Source: an uncultured SAR116 cluster alpha proteobacterium (lineage in GTDB: Bacteria; Pseudomonadota; Alphaproteobacteria; Puniceispirillales; Marisalimonadaceae). From it: 64,000 bases of DNA. Every line of letters starts with the position of its first letter. Positions within the stretch are counted from its first letter, which is position 1. Of this stretch, positions 21,249-32,003 are shown piece after piece. Both the position numbers and the translations under genes were made by a program. Below the pieces are notes generated by a model that saw only the letters and a program-made list of their open reading frames with translations, was not told the DNA's origin and made no database searches. Location: the NCBI GenBank assembly GCA_902615325.1, contig CACMOJ010000003.1, forward strand, positions 35,119-99,118, given 5' to 3'.

Positions 21249-21476
21249 ATGTCTGAAAATAATTCAAAAGAACGTAAAAAACTTAGTTTATCTGGAAGTA
21301 AATTAACATTAAAGTCTAATTTAAATCCTAATAAAATTCCTTCAAGTGTTACAACGAATTCTAGATCTGGTAGAAACACTGTGCAAGTTGAAGTAAAAAG
21401 ATCAAAGAGATTTTATGATAATAAATTTAAATCAAAAACAGAACAAAGTAGTTTTAAAAAATACATTAAGTGCTGA
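21249..21476 (+). CDS. infB: translation initiation factor IF-2, N-terminal segment, in a different frame from the body of infB
   Basis: ATG lies 5 nt after the nusA stop. MSENNSKERKKLSLSGSKLTLK...GRNTVQVEVKRSKR matches the conserved IF-2 N-terminal pattern of alphaproteobacteria. The frame ends at TGA 21474-21476. Confidence 0.6.
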   Translation: MSENNSKERKKLSLSGSKLTLKSNLNPNKIPSSVTTNSRSGRNTVQVEVKRSKRFYDNKFKSKTEQSSFKKYIKC

Positions 21477-23661
21477 ACAAATTGCAAAAAGGAGTAAGGA
21501 GCTTAAGGACGGTCTTGCTAGAACAGCAGCTCTCGCTGAAAATCAAGTAAAAAGTGTAAAAGAAGACTTTAGATCGGATACTTCAATAAAAAAAGATCAA
21601 GTTAATAGAAATGAGAATTTGTTAAAAAAAAATAATTCATCATTGGATCTTAAAAAAAAGTCGTATGAGGACAAAAAGACAGATGAAAATAAATTTCCAA
21701 AAAAATCAGCGAATAGAGATGTTTTTAAAGAAAATAATAAAAAAGTAACTCTCAACAAAGGATATGAGAAAAAGAGAGAAGGAAAATTAACGATCGCAAG
21801 AGCCTTAGATAGCGAAAATGTTAGATTTCGTTCTCTTGCATCAATTAAAAGAAGAAGAGAAAAAGTAAAATTACAATCTGAAGTTGCTGCACCTGTCGTA
21901 AAACAAATAAGAGATGTAATTATACCAGATACTATTGTGGTTTCTGAACTGGCTAATAGAATGTCTGAAAAAACTGCTGATGTCGTAAGAGAGTTAATGA
22001 AAAATGGTATAATGGCTACAGCTGCACAAGTTATAGATGCTGACACTGCAGAGTTAATTACAAATGAATTTGGTCATAAAGTTAAACGTATTTCTGAATC
22101 AGATATTGAATTAGACTTAGTTAAAAACGATGTCATATCTGAAAACTTGTCTCCTAGACCTCCGGTTGTAACCATTATGGGTCACGTAGATCATGGAAAA
22201 ACATCATTATTAGATGCCTTAAGAAAAACTAACGTTGTTAATAGCGAAGCTGGTGGAATTACTCAGCACATTGGGGCTTATCAGATTAAATCTAAAAATA
22301 ATAATCTTATTTCATTTATAGATACACCTGGACATGAAGCTTTTTCAGAAATGAGAGCAAGAGGTGCCAATATTACAGATATAGTAATTCTAGTAGTAGC
22401 TGCTGATGATGGGATTAAACAACAAACTGTTGAAGCAATCAATCATGCTAAGTCTGCTAAAGCTCCAATTATTGTAGCTGTAAATAAATGTGATAAACCA
22501 GATACTGATCCTCAGAAAGTTAAAAATGAATTACTGCAATATGAATTAATACCTGAAGATATGGGAGGTGATGTACAATGTATTAATATATCAGCTTTAA
22601 AGAAAACGGGACTCGATCAGTTAATAGAAGCGATTGAATTGCAAGCGGAAATTTTAGAATTAAAAAGTGATCCAGACTGTCCAGCCTCAGGTGTGGTCAT
22701 TGAGTCTAAAATAGAAAAAGGTAAGGGTCCAGTAATAACTTTATTAGTTGATTCTGGCACCATAAAAGTTGGCGATATAATTGTAGTTGGGACGGAAAAT
22801 GGAAAAGTTAGAGCATTAATAAATGATTTAGGTAAAAGAGTTTATGAAGCAAAGCCCTCTACTCCTATAGAAGTTCTTGGCCTCTCAGGAACTCCAATGG
22901 CTGGCGACATTGCAAATGTAGTTGAGAGCGAATCAAAAGCAAGAGAGGTTGCAGAATATAGATCTAGGAAGTTTAAAGAAAAAGAGGCAGCACTTTCATC
23001 TAGAGGAACGGTAGAACAGATGCTAGCTAATATTCAGTCAGGCGAGGTTACCGAATTACCAGTTGTTATAAAAACTGATGTGCATGGATCTTTAGAGGCT
23101 ATTAAAGTTGCACTGAACAAATTAGGTGATGAAAAAATAAAAGTTAAAATTTTATCAAGTTCAGTTGGTCCAATAAATGAATCAGATATATCATTAGCTG
23201 TTGCTTCATCAGCGCTAGTTTTTGGTTTTAACGTAAGAGCCATTCCTCAAGCCAGGGAACTGGCTAAAAGAGATATGGTTGAAATAAGATATCATTCGAT
23301 AATTTATGAACTTATTGAAGATGCAAAAAATGGTCTTGCAGGTATGTTAGACCCCGATTTGCAAGAAGAATTTATTGGTTATGCTGAAATAAAACAAGTT
23401 TTCAATATTACAAATCATGGAAAAATTGCAGGCTGTTATGTAAAAGAAGGAATAATCAAAAAAGGTTGTAGTTTTAGGCTTTTGAGAGAAAATACAGTTA
23501 TTCATGAAGGAAAATTAAAAACTTTACAAAGGTTCAAAGACGAAGTGAAAGAAGTAAAATTTGGAATAGAGTGTGGAATGGGTCTGGAGAATTATAATGA
23601 CATTAAAATTGGAGATGTTATGGAATGTTTTGAAGTTAAAGAAATTAAAAAAACTTTGTAA
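21415..23661 (+). CDS. infB: translation initiation factor IF-2 (body: linker, G domain, domains II-IV)
   Basis: G-domain motifs GHVDHGKTSLLD, DTPGH and NKCD, and a conserved C-terminus. The functional start is uncertain (see findings). Confidence 0.95.
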   Translation: MIINLNQKQNKVVLKNTLSAEQIAKRSKELKDGLARTAALAENQVKSVKEDFRSDTSIKKDQVNRNENLLKKNNSSLDLKKKSYEDKKTDENKFPKKSANRDVFKENNKKVTLNKGYEKKREGKLTIARALDSENVRFRSLASIKRRREKVKLQSEVAAPVVKQIRDVIIPDTIVVSELANRMSEKTADVVRELMKNGIMATAAQVIDADTAELITNEFGHKVKRISESDIELDLVKNDVISENLSPRPPVVTIMGHVDHGKTSLLDALRKTNVVNSEAGGITQHIGAYQIKSKNNNLISFIDTPGHEAFSEMRARGANITDIVILVVAADDGIKQQTVEAINHAKSAKAPIIVAVNKCDKPDTDPQKVKNELLQYELIPEDMGGDVQCINISALKKTGLDQLIEAIELQAEILELKSDPDCPASGVVIESKIEKGKGPVITLLVDSGTIKVGDIIVVGTENGKVRALINDLGKRVYEAKPSTPIEVLGLSGTPMAGDIANVVESESKAREVAEYRSRKFKEKEAALSSRGTVEQMLANIQSGEVTELPVVIKTDVHGSLEAIKVALNKLGDEKIKVKILSSSVGPINESDISLAVASSALVFGFNVRAIPQARELAKRDMVEIRYHSIIYELIEDAKNGLAGMLDPDLQEEFIGYAEIKQVFNITNHGKIAGCYVKEGIIKKGCSFRLLRENTVIHEGKLKTLQRFKDEVKEVKFGIECGMGLENYNDIKIGDVMECFEVKEIKKTL

Positions 23662-23669
23662 TTTTTGTC

Positions 23670-24029
23670 ATGAATGATAAAAAACAACCTTCAAACAGAC
23701 AACTTAAAATAGGTCAACAGTTAAGATTTTTAATATCTAACTTCTTGATTAAAGAAGATTTCATTTTTGAAAATTTTGACAGCAAAATCTTAACTATTGT
23801 TGATGTAGTTTTAAGCCCAGATCTTAAGAATGCAAAAATATATGTATCAACAAATTCTGAATCAGGAAACAACTTATACATAGATGAGCTCAATCGCAAG
23901 TCAAAGTTTATTCAAAAAAAAATAGCTTCAAATTTGACTTCAAAATTCACTCCAAAGATAAAATTTTTCTTCGATAATTCCTTTCAATATTCAAATAAAA
24001 TTTATAATATATTAAGAACTATTAAATAG
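23670..24029 (+). CDS. rbfA: ribosome-binding factor A
   Basis: 119 aa in the conserved position infB-rbfA-truB. RbfA-like pattern (VVLSPDLKNAKIYV). Confidence 0.85.
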   Translation: MNDKKQPSNRQLKIGQQLRFLISNFLIKEDFIFENFDSKILTIVDVVLSPDLKNAKIYVSTNSESGNNLYIDELNRKSKFIQKKIASNLTSKFTPKIKFFFDNSFQYSNKIYNILRTIK

Positions 24030-24036
24030 GTAGATT

Positions 24037-24951
24037 ATGAAAATCAATGGTTGGCTCTTTGTTGATAAACCTGAAGGGATATCATCTAGAAAAGTTGTTG
24101 ATTTGATTTCAAATTCTCTCTCATCAAAAAAAGTTGGTCATGGAGGAACTCTAGACCCAATGGCCTCAGGATTACTTCCCATAGCAATTGGTGAAGCAAC
24201 GAAGACTATAGGAGTGATTCAACAGTTTAAAAAACAATATGAATTTATAATAAAATGGGGTGAAAAAACTTCCACAGATGATAAAACGGGTTTAATAATA
24301 TCATGTGTTAAAACAAGGCCAAGTTTAAAAAGTATTAAGAAAAATCTTTTAAAATTTGTGGGTGAAATCGAACAAATACCTCCAAAATTTTCAGCTATAA
24401 AAATAAATGGTCAGAGAGCCTATAAATTAGCTAGAAATAATGAAAACTTTCTATTAGATCCAAGAACAGTTTATATTGATACTTTGAAAATTAAAAAATA
24501 TCTTGATACAGATCATTGCTCTTTTGAATGTATTTGTTCAAAAGGGACATATATTAGAGCGTTAGGAAGAGATTTAGGAGAATCAATGAATTGTTTCGGT
24601 CATTTAGTTAAGCTAAGGCGAACACATATTGGAAATTTTTCGAACAAATTTGCGATTTTACTGGATTTATCTGAAAAAGTAATACATAGTTCAACAATTT
24701 TAAAAAACATATTGCCTATCGAAAAAGTTTTAGAAAATTTACCTTTTGTAAATTTAGCGAAAAAGCAGGAGAATGCTTTAAGAAATGGTCAGAAAATATG
24801 TTTAAATGAATTATTAATTGATGATCAAAAAAAATTTTTTTTAATTAATGGTAATAATGATTATATGATATGTAAATACGATAATAAACCTATATGTTTT
24901 TTTAAAATAGAGAATAATTTTGTTAAACCAACTAGAGTTTTTAATTTGTAA
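24037..24951 (+). CDS. truB: tRNA pseudouridine55 synthase
   Basis: Catalytic motif [17 protein letters not shown] and [10 protein letters not shown]. Confidence 0.9.
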   Translation: MKINGWLFVDKPEGISSRKVVDLISNSLSSKKVGHGGTLDPMASGLLPIAIGEATKTIGVIQQFKKQYEFIIKWGEKTSTDDKTGLIISCVKTRPSLKSIKKNLLKFVGEIEQIPPKFSAIKINGQRAYKLARNNENFLLDPRTVYIDTLKIKKYLDTDHCSFECICSKGTYIRALGRDLGESMNCFGHLVKLRRTHIGNFSNKFAILLDLSEKVIHSSTILKNILPIEKVLENLPFVNLAKKQENALRNGQKICLNELLIDDQKKFFLINGNNDYMICKYDNKPICFFKIENNFVKPTRVFNL

Positions 24952-24962
24952 AAGAGGAAAGT

Positions 24963-25232
24963 ATGTCGATAACTAAAGAAAAAAAATCAAATTTAATAGA
25001 TAAATTTAAAATCAACGAAAAAGATACTGGTTCAGCTGATATTCAAGTTGCTATATTATCAGAAAAAATTAAAACTCTTACAGAACATTTGAAACAACAT
25101 AACAAAGATTATATTTCTAGACGTGGATTATTAAGTATGGTTGGTAAAAGAAGAAATTTGCTTTCGTATATTAAGAAAAAGAGTGAATCCAGATACAGTG
25201 ATTTAATTAAATCACTTGGATTAAGAAGATAG
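24963..25232 (+). CDS. rpsO: 30S ribosomal protein S15
   Basis: 89 aa with [16 protein letters not shown]...[16 protein letters not shown]. Confidence 0.95.
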   Translation: MSITKEKKSNLIDKFKINEKDTGSADIQVAILSEKIKTLTEHLKQHNKDYISRRGLLSMVGKRRNLLSYIKKKSESRYSDLIKSLGLRR

Positions 25233-25265
25233 TAAATTTAATTCAGTCGAATAGCGGGTAGGGAT

Positions 25266-27359
25266 ATGTTTGAAGTTTATCGTAAAGAAGTAAAGTTTGG
25301 TGAAGAAAAACTTATATTTGAAACTGGGAAAGTTGCGAGGCAAGCCGATGGTGCTGTTTTAGTAACTTATGGTGGAACAACTATTTTGTGTACAGCAACT
25401 GCAGCAAAAAAAAATTCAGATGCTGATTTCTTTCCACTTACGGTTAATTATCAAGAAAAAGCATTTGCGGCTGGTAAAATACCAGGAGGTTTTTTTAAAA
25501 GGGAAGGACGGCCATCCGAAAAAGAAACATTAACTTCAAGATTAATAGATAGACCTATTAGACCTTTGTTTCATAAAAATTTTAAACGTGAGACCCAAAT
25601 TATAGCCACTGTACTTGAATATGATTTTCAAAATGATCCCGATATAGTTGCAATTATAGCCGCATCTGCAGCATTGACTTTATCTGGTTTGCCTTTCATG
25701 GGACCTATTGGGGCATGTAGAGTTGGTTGGGATGGAAAAAAATATATCTTAAATCCAAAGATTAATAAGGATAGCGATAATTTGCTTGACTTAGTAGTTG
25801 CCGGAACTAATGAAGGTGTTTTAATGGTTGAATCAGAAGCTCGTGAGCTAAATGAAAAAATTATGTTGGGAGCTGTTGATTTTGGACACAAAGAGTTAAA
25901 AAACGTTATAAAAGGAATCATAGAATTAGCTGAAGTTGCTGCGAAAGAACCAATTAAAATAGATGAAGAGGTGCCCGAGGAAAAAGATTATCTTAAATTA
26001 GTCAAAGGTTTTAAGAAAGAAATTGAAAAAGCTTATAAAATAGAAGAAAAATCAACTAGACACAATGAATTAGAAAATATTAAAGAAAAAATAAAAAATG
26101 ATTGTAATGATGAAGTCAATTTAAATTTGTTGTTTGATGTTTTTAAAAAAGTAGAGGCTGAAATTGTAAGAACTTCTATTATTAAAACACAAAAAAGGAT
26201 TGATGGTAGAGACAATAAAACTGTTAGAGATATTGTTGCAGAAGTTGGAATACTTCCTAGGTCACACGGATCATCTTTATTTACTAGAGGTGAAACACAA
26301 GCACTTGTTGTTACAACACTTGGATCTGCTCAGGATTCTCAAATAATAGATGGTTTAGATGGCGATGCTAGAGAAAAATTTATGTTACATTATAATTTTC
26401 CACCATTTTCGGTTGGTGAGGTTGGAAGAACTGGTTCACCTGGAAGAAGAGAGATTGGTCATGGTAAACTTGCGTGGAGAGCTATAAATCCGTTGCTTCC
26501 TTCTGGAGAAGATTTTCCTTATACAATAAGAGTGGTTTCTGATATTACTGAGTCAAATGGATCATCATCTATGGCCACAGTTTGTGGTACTTCATTAGCG
26601 CTAATGGATGCTGGTGTGCCAATAAAAAAACCAGTAGCTGGAATAGCTATGGGATTGATCAAGGAAGATAAAAATTTTGTAGTACTCTCAGATATTTTAG
26701 GAGATGAAGATCATTTAGGTGATATGGACTTTAAAGTGGCTGGGACGCTTGAAGGCATCACAAGCTTGCAAATGGACATAAAAATTACATCTATTACGAG
26801 CAAAATTATGAAAGTTGCGCTTGATCAAGCTTTAGATGGAAGAAAACATATTCTCAACGAAATGAAAAAAGCTATTTCAAAACCCCGCACATCTTTGGCT
26901 GAAAATGCACCTAAAATAAAAGTTTTAAAAATTAAAGTTGATAAAATTAAAGAAATTATAGGTCCATCCGGTAAAGTTATCAAAGATATATGTGAGACAA
27001 GCTCTTCAAAAATTGATATTGATGATAATGGCCTATTGAAAATAGCATCACCAAATGATGAAAGCTTAGAATTGGCTTTGGCAAGAATTAATGATATTAT
27101 AGTAGAGCCTGAAAAAGGTGTTGTATATAATGGTAAAGTGGTTAAGACAGTTGATTTTGGTGCTTTTGTCAATTTTTTGGGTTCTAAAGATGGTTTAGTA
27201 CATATATCTGAGTTGCAAGAAGAACGAACTAATAAAACGACTGACGTATGTAAAGAGGGAGACGAGGTAAAAGTTATGGTTATTGGATTTGATGACAGAG
27301 GTAAAGTAAAATTGTCTATGAAAAGAGTTAATCAGGAAACAGGCGAAAAATTAAAATGA
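25266..27359 (+). CDS. pnp: polyribonucleotide nucleotidyltransferase (PNPase)
   Basis: Two RNase PH domains, then KH and S1 domains ([15 protein letters not shown]). 697 aa. Confidence 0.95.
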   Translation: MFEVYRKEVKFGEEKLIFETGKVARQADGAVLVTYGGTTILCTATAAKKNSDADFFPLTVNYQEKAFAAGKIPGGFFKREGRPSEKETLTSRLIDRPIRPLFHKNFKRETQIIATVLEYDFQNDPDIVAIIAASAALTLSGLPFMGPIGACRVGWDGKKYILNPKINKDSDNLLDLVVAGTNEGVLMVESEARELNEKIMLGAVDFGHKELKNVIKGIIELAEVAAKEPIKIDEEVPEEKDYLKLVKGFKKEIEKAYKIEEKSTRHNELENIKEKIKNDCNDEVNLNLLFDVFKKVEAEIVRTSIIKTQKRIDGRDNKTVRDIVAEVGILPRSHGSSLFTRGETQALVVTTLGSAQDSQIIDGLDGDAREKFMLHYNFPPFSVGEVGRTGSPGRREIGHGKLAWRAINPLLPSGEDFPYTIRVVSDITESNGSSSMATVCGTSLALMDAGVPIKKPVAGIAMGLIKEDKNFVVLSDILGDEDHLGDMDFKVAGTLEGITSLQMDIKITSITSKIMKVALDQALDGRKHILNEMKKAISKPRTSLAENAPKIKVLKIKVDKIKEIIGPSGKVIKDICETSSSKIDIDDNGLLKIASPNDESLELALARINDIIVEPEKGVVYNGKVVKTVDFGAFVNFLGSKDGLVHISELQEERTNKTTDVCKEGDEVKVMVIGFDDRGKVKLSMKRVNQETGEKLK

Positions 27360-28147
27360 AAAAATATGAATTGAAATTAAATTGGGTTAAATCTGAAAAA
27401 ATTGATAAAGTTGGATTAGTTACTCTCAATCATGAAAATCCTTTAAACCCTCTTTCTGCAGGTTTTGTAGAGGCTATTTATCTTTCATGTAAAAAATTTG
27501 ATGAAGATGAAGATATAAATTGTATTGTTTTGAAAGGATCTAAAAAAGCTTTTGCAGCAGGAGCAGATTTAAAAGAAATGTTGCCTCTTTCTTTTGCTGA
27601 AATTTCTGAAAGCAGATATATTGAGAAAAATTGGTCTTATTTTTCTTATATTCAAAAACCATTAATTGCTGCTGTCCAAGGTTTTGCTTTAGGTGGAGGT
27701 TGTGAGCTTGCTATGGCTTGTGATTTTATATTAGCCTCTGATGATGCAAAGTTTGGACAACCAGAAATCAATGTAGGTGCAATTCCAGGAGCTGGTGGAA
27801 GCCAAAGAATGCCTCGTTTTATAGGTAAATCAAAGGCTATGTATGCAATCTTAACCGGGGATATGATAGACTCCAAAGAAGCTGAAAAATGTGGTTTAGT
27901 TGCTAAAGTATTTAGTGGAGACAATTTTAATGAAGATGTTTTAAAAGTCGCACATAAAATAGCAAGCAAGTCTACAGCATTAGCAAGATTAGCTAAAGAA
28001 ACAGTAAATTTAAGCTATGAAACCACTTTAAATGAAGGTCTTAGAGCTGAAAGAGCCATTTTTATGTCAACCTTCTCATTAGAAGATCATAAAGAAGGTA
28101 TGGAAGCATTTTCAGAAAAAAGAAAACCCATTTGGAAAAATAAGTAA
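27356..28147 (+). CDS. enoyl-CoA hydratase/isomerase (crotonase) family protein
   Basis: Motifs [31 protein letters not shown] and [22 protein letters not shown] overlap with pnp. Confidence 0.85.
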   Translation: MKKYELKLNWVKSEKIDKVGLVTLNHENPLNPLSAGFVEAIYLSCKKFDEDEDINCIVLKGSKKAFAAGADLKEMLPLSFAEISESRYIEKNWSYFSYIQKPLIAAVQGFALGGGCELAMACDFILASDDAKFGQPEINVGAIPGAGGSQRMPRFIGKSKAMYAILTGDMIDSKEAEKCGLVAKVFSGDNFNEDVLKVAHKIASKSTALARLAKETVNLSYETTLNEGLRAERAIFMSTFSLEDHKEGMEAFSEKRKPIWKNK

Positions 28148-28951
28148 TTAAATGTTTACAAAATTTTGGTTAGGGATACCTACTACCTTTAATCCTCCAT
28201 CTACATAATGAGTAAGGCCTGTCACTCCACTTGATATGTCTGATAAAAGATACAAAGCTGCATTGCCGACTTGTTTTAGGTCTGGATTTTTTTGTAAAGG
28301 AGCAATTTTCTCTGAATATCTATAAACGTGTCTTGCTCCAGATATTGCAGCACCAGCAAGCGTTTTCATAGGGCCAGCTGAAATTGCATTAACTCTAATA
28401 TTGTTTTTTCCTAAATCTACCGATAGATATTTAACTGATGTTTCTAATGCTGCTTTTGCTACACCCATAACATTGTAATTTGGAGTAGTTTTATTTGATC
28501 CTATATAAGTAAGTGTTAAAAGAGATCCTCCATTATTCATAATCCTTGAAGCAGATTTTGATATTCTAGTAAAACTATATGTAGAGACATCAAGTGTACT
28601 TAAAAAATTCTTTCGTGAAGTTTCTACATATTTGCCTTTAAGCTCATCTTTATCAGAATATGCCAAGGCGTGTACAACAAAATCTAAATGTCCAACATTT
28701 CTTTTTATTTTTTCAATTAAATTTTCAATAGAATATTCATCTTCAGGTTCAAACGAAACGTCACATTTATATAAATTTTCGCAGTTAATTTTATTTGATA
28801 AGGGTTCAATTCTTTTTCTTAAACTGTCATTTTGATAAGTTAAAATTATATTTGCCTTGTTTAAAAAAAGTTGCTTTGTTATCCCCCATGCTATGGATCT
28901 TTCATTGGCAACACCCATTATTAATCCTGTTTTTCCCTCCATTAAGTTCAT
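28148..28951 (-). CDS. fabI: enoyl-[acyl-carrier-protein] reductase (NADH) FabI
   Basis: Motifs GLIMGVANERSIAWGI, catalytic Y..MGVAKAALE and IRVNAISAGP. Its stop abuts the stop of the convergent crotonase gene. Confidence 0.9.
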   Translation of the reverse strand: MNLMEGKTGLIMGVANERSIAWGITKQLFLNKANIILTYQNDSLRKRIEPLSNKINCENLYKCDVSFEPEDEYSIENLIEKIKRNVGHLDFVVHALAYSDKDELKGKYVETSRKNFLSTLDVSTYSFTRISKSASRIMNNGGSLLTLTYIGSNKTTPNYNVMGVAKAALETSVKYLSVDLGKNNIRVNAISAGPMKTLAGAAISGARHVYRYSEKIAPLQKNPDLKQVGNAALYLLSDISSGVTGLTHYVDGGLKVVGIPNQNFVNI

Positions 28952-28954
28952 ATC

Positions 28955-30190
28955 TTAATTTTCTGATACCTTTGAGAATACTAGAGATGCATTAGTGCCT
29001 CCAAAACCAAATGAATTTGATAATGCTGTATTAACATTTATTTTTTCAACAGTTTTTCTGGGAATATCAATATCTTTAATTACAGGATCAGGTATCTCTA
29101 TGTTAGAGGAACCCGATATAAAATTATCATTCATCATTATAAGAGTATATATAGCCTCATGAACACCTGTAGCGCCCAATGAATGGCCAGTTAATGACTT
29201 AGTACTTGTTATTTTAGGTAAATAACCTTTACTTGAGAAAACTTTCTTTATTGCTTCTATTTCTTGAACATCTCCAACTGGTGTACTAGTGCCGTGTGCA
29301 TTGATATAGTCAATTCTTAGGTCAGTGTTTTTTAATGCGTTGGTCATACATCTAACAGCACCTTCACCACTAGGTGCTACCATGTCGTACCCGTCTGAGT
29401 TTGCAAAGTGACCTAAAACTTCTCCATAAATTTTGGCATCTCTTTTTTTCGCATGTTCATATTCCTCAAGCACTATAATGCCTCCACCACCTGCGATAAC
29501 AAATCCATCTCTATTAGCATCATATGGTCTAGATGCTTTTTGAGGAGTGTTATTATATTTGCTAGATAGCGCTCCCATAGAATCAAATAAAACAGATAAT
29601 GTCCAATCTAATTCTTCTCCACCACCTGCAAATACAATATTTTGGTTACCATATTTTATATTGTCTACACCAACACCAATGCAGTGAGCAGATGTTGAGC
29701 AAGCAGAAGTTATTGAATAATTTAGACCTTTAATTTTAAACATTGTTGAAAGACAAGCAGAAATACTTGAACTCATACATTTTGGTACCATAAATGGACC
29801 TACTCTTTTTGGACCTTTCTCTCTTGTAATGTCAAATGATTTTAATAAGTTAATTGTACTTGGACCACCAGCGCCTGCAATTAATCCAGTTAAAGGATTT
29901 GATATTAATTCATCATTGAGATTTGCATCTTGAATTGCTTCTTTCATTGCTATAGCAGTGTAAGCAGCACCATTGCCCATAAATCTTAGGTCCTTTTTGT
30001 CTAAAAAGTCTTCAAAATTTATATTAATATCACCATGAATTTGACTTCTAAAACCTAAATCTGAATAATCTTTGCTAAAATTTATTCCAGATTTATTATA
30101 ATATAAAGAGTCTTTAACTTCTTTTTGATTGTTACCGATTGGACTAACTACTCCGATCCCAGTTACAACTACTCTTCTTTGTTCAATCAT
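28955..30190 (-). CDS. fabB: 3-oxoacyl-ACP synthase I (KAS I)
   Basis: Active-site ACSTSAHC, then HGTSTPVGD and NSFGFGGTNASLVF. It lies directly downstream of fabA. Confidence 0.85.
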   Translation of the reverse strand: MIEQRRVVVTGIGVVSPIGNNQKEVKDSLYYNKSGINFSKDYSDLGFRSQIHGDININFEDFLDKKDLRFMGNGAAYTAIAMKEAIQDANLNDELISNPLTGLIAGAGGPSTINLLKSFDITREKGPKRVGPFMVPKCMSSSISACLSTMFKIKGLNYSITSACSTSAHCIGVGVDNIKYGNQNIVFAGGGEELDWTLSVLFDSMGALSSKYNNTPQKASRPYDANRDGFVIAGGGGIIVLEEYEHAKKRDAKIYGEVLGHFANSDGYDMVAPSGEGAVRCMTNALKNTDLRIDYINAHGTSTPVGDVQEIEAIKKVFSSKGYLPKITSTKSLTGHSLGATGVHEAIYTLIMMNDNFISGSSNIEIPDPVIKDIDIPRKTVEKINVNTALSNSFGFGGTNASLVFSKVSEN

Positions 30191-30208
30191 TAATATACCT
30201 AATAATAC

Positions 30209-30718
30209 TTATTTATCTTGAAAAAGACCAACCCTAATATCGAAGGCTTCAAAAACAATTTGCTTGTCACATAAAACTTTTCCATCGGCAATTCCAAGCA
30301 TGAGTTTTCTGTTAATAATTTTTTTGAAATCTAGTATGTATTCAACTTTTTTTGCTTTTGGCAAAACTTGACCTGAAAATTTTACATTACCTACAGACAA
30401 TGCTCGCCCTTTTCCTCTACCACCCATAATACCAAGACAAAATCCAAGTAATTGCCATAATCCATCCATGCCTAAACAACCTGGCATAACAGGGTCGTTT
30501 TCAAAATGACATTCAAAAAACCATTTGTCAGGTGTAATATTATACTCCGCATGTGCCAAACCTTTGTTATAATTTCCTCCAACCTCTGATATATTTAGTA
30601 TTTTATCAAACATAAGCATAGGTGGCAATGGAAGCCTAGGAAAATCAATTCCAGCAAGCTTTCCTTTTGCACAAGCAATTAATTCTTCGTAATTGAATTT
30701 ATTTTTTAGTAATGACAA
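30209..30718 (-). CDS. fabA: 3-hydroxydecanoyl-ACP dehydratase/isomerase
   Basis: Motifs FFECHFENDPVMPGCLGMDGLWQL and GKVLCDKQIVFEA. 169 aa. Confidence 0.9.
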   Translation of the reverse strand: MSLLKNKFNYEELIACAKGKLAGIDFPRLPLPPMLMFDKILNISEVGGNYNKGLAHAEYNITPDKWFFECHFENDPVMPGCLGMDGLWQLLGFCLGIMGGRGKGRALSVGNVKFSGQVLPKAKKVEYILDFKKIINRKLMLGIADGKVLCDKQIVFEAFDIRVGLFQDK

Positions 30719-30744
30719 AATTTTACCTTAACTAAATAATTGGT

Positions 30745-31227
30745 TTAATCAACTATAATATAATTTGATCCCCATAGATACTTTTTTATATACCATCCTG
30801 AATATTTTCTATTTTTTAAAGTTATTTTACACCAAAAAAATTTACATTTAACGACAGAAACATTTACATTATTATTTAATAAAGCGATTTTTTTTGATGA
30901 CAGGTAAGGTTTTTTCCTTAAGTAATCTGATTTTAATATTATACTCCTATGCTTTAAAGTTAATTGTGATTTATGTACCCATCCAATTTTACTTTTAGTT
31001 GTTAAAACTTTTCTCCAATGGTCAAATTCATCAATAATTATTAATGGAATATTTTTTTTAATAAAAACAAGTTTTATAGGATAATTTTTACCAGGCCCAT
31101 ATCTCAAATTTGCTTTTGAAGTTTTAACAGATACAAGCTTTGGAAATTTTTCTGCTAGAACAACTTTGGGAAAGTAAAAAAAGCTAGAAACGAATATTAG
31201 AAGTAATAATTTTAAATAAAAATTCAT
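30745..31227 (-). CDS. secreted bacterial SH3-domain protein (two SH3-like repeats)
   Basis: Signal peptide followed by ANLRYGPGKNYPI...WRKV...GWVHKSQL and a second similar unit ending GWYIKKYLWG. Confidence 0.6.
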   Translation of the reverse strand: MNFYLKLLLLIFVSSFFYFPKVVLAEKFPKLVSVKTSKANLRYGPGKNYPIKLVFIKKNIPLIIIDEFDHWRKVLTTKSKIGWVHKSQLTLKHRSIILKSDYLRKKPYLSSKKIALLNNNVNVSVVKCKFFWCKITLKNRKYSGWYIKKYLWGSNYIIVD

Positions 31228-31997
31228 TTACATACATTACAACTTAAGTTTTTTTTTATCTTTATTTTAGTAATGTCTTGTTTGATACAATCATATAACA
31301 ACAAATTTCCTGCTAAAGTATTTGTTGTGAACAAGTTTTCTTTTTTAAAAGAGTTTTGAATAAATAACTCTCTAATTGTTTCTGTTACTTGAAGGCTTGA
31401 AATTAAATTTGTAACAGGACCTATTATTCCAACCTCTCTACAATTCATATTGGTATTTTGGTACTGATCTTTTGGAAAAATACATTCATAACAAGGTAAA
31501 TCTTTAAATTTTCCACTTTTAAATGTTGCCAATTGTCCCTCAAGCTGAATTGCTGAAGCGGATATTAAAGTTTTCCTATTTTTATGAGCTAATAAATTAG
31601 CAGTATATTTAGTCTCAATATTATCTGAGCAGTCTAGAATTATATCATAAGTACTTATAGGAAATTTATTGTCAAATCTATTAACAATAGAATTTATTTT
31701 TAAATCTGGGTTTAAGTTTAGACAATAATCTTTCAACTTAATGGATTTTGAAAGACCCAAATTATTAACTGAAAAAGCTATTTGTCTATTTAAATTAGAC
31801 AATTCAATATTGTCATCATCACAAATGTCAATACATCCTATCCCAGCAGCAGAACAAAAAATGGCTGTGGGATTACCTAAACCTCCTGCCCCAATTATTA
31901 AAACTTTACTCTTTAAAAGTATTGATTGCCCTTCTTCTTCTATTTCAGGCATTATTAACTGATTTGCATATCTCTCTAATTCATTTTCATTTAGCAT
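31224..31997 (-). CDS. ThiF/MoeB/HesA-family adenylyltransferase
   Basis: Nucleotide-binding IIGAGGLGNP, motif D.IELSNLNRQ, and zinc CxxC pairs (CYEC and CNVC). Confidence 0.8.
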   Translation of the reverse strand: MLNENELERYANQLIMPEIEEEGQSILLKSKVLIIGAGGLGNPTAIFCSAAGIGCIDICDDDNIELSNLNRQIAFSVNNLGLSKSIKLKDYCLNLNPDLKINSIVNRFDNKFPISTYDIILDCSDNIETKYTANLLAHKNRKTLISASAIQLEGQLATFKSGKFKDLPCYECIFPKDQYQNTNMNCREVGIIGPVTNLISSLQVTETIRELFIQNSFKKENLFTTNTLAGNLLLYDCIKQDITKIKIKKNLSCNVCK

Positions 31998-32003
31998 TAT
32001 TAA

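Noticed and set aside
21471-21477. prfB-style programmed +1 frameshift at the in-frame TGA of the infB N-terminal segment (UGC UGA A -> UGC U GAA).
   Set aside because: There is no Shine-Dalgarno-like stimulator upstream. The P-site tRNA(Cys) cannot re-pair in the +1 frame (GCU). The conserved LSAEQ motif upstream of the stop is already in the second frame, so the shift must occur earlier, near the A runs.
21597-22046. 149-aa ORF antisense to the 5' third of infB. Similar antisense ORFs occur at 20884-21267, 21125-21379, 26825-27172, 27652-27969, 25628-25921 and 15760-16035.
   Set aside because: Each lies wholly inside a well-supported conserved gene on the opposite strand. The translations are low-complexity (Ser/Leu/Phe/Ile-rich) with no recognisable motifs. 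These are shadow ORFs produced by the codon bias of the real gene.
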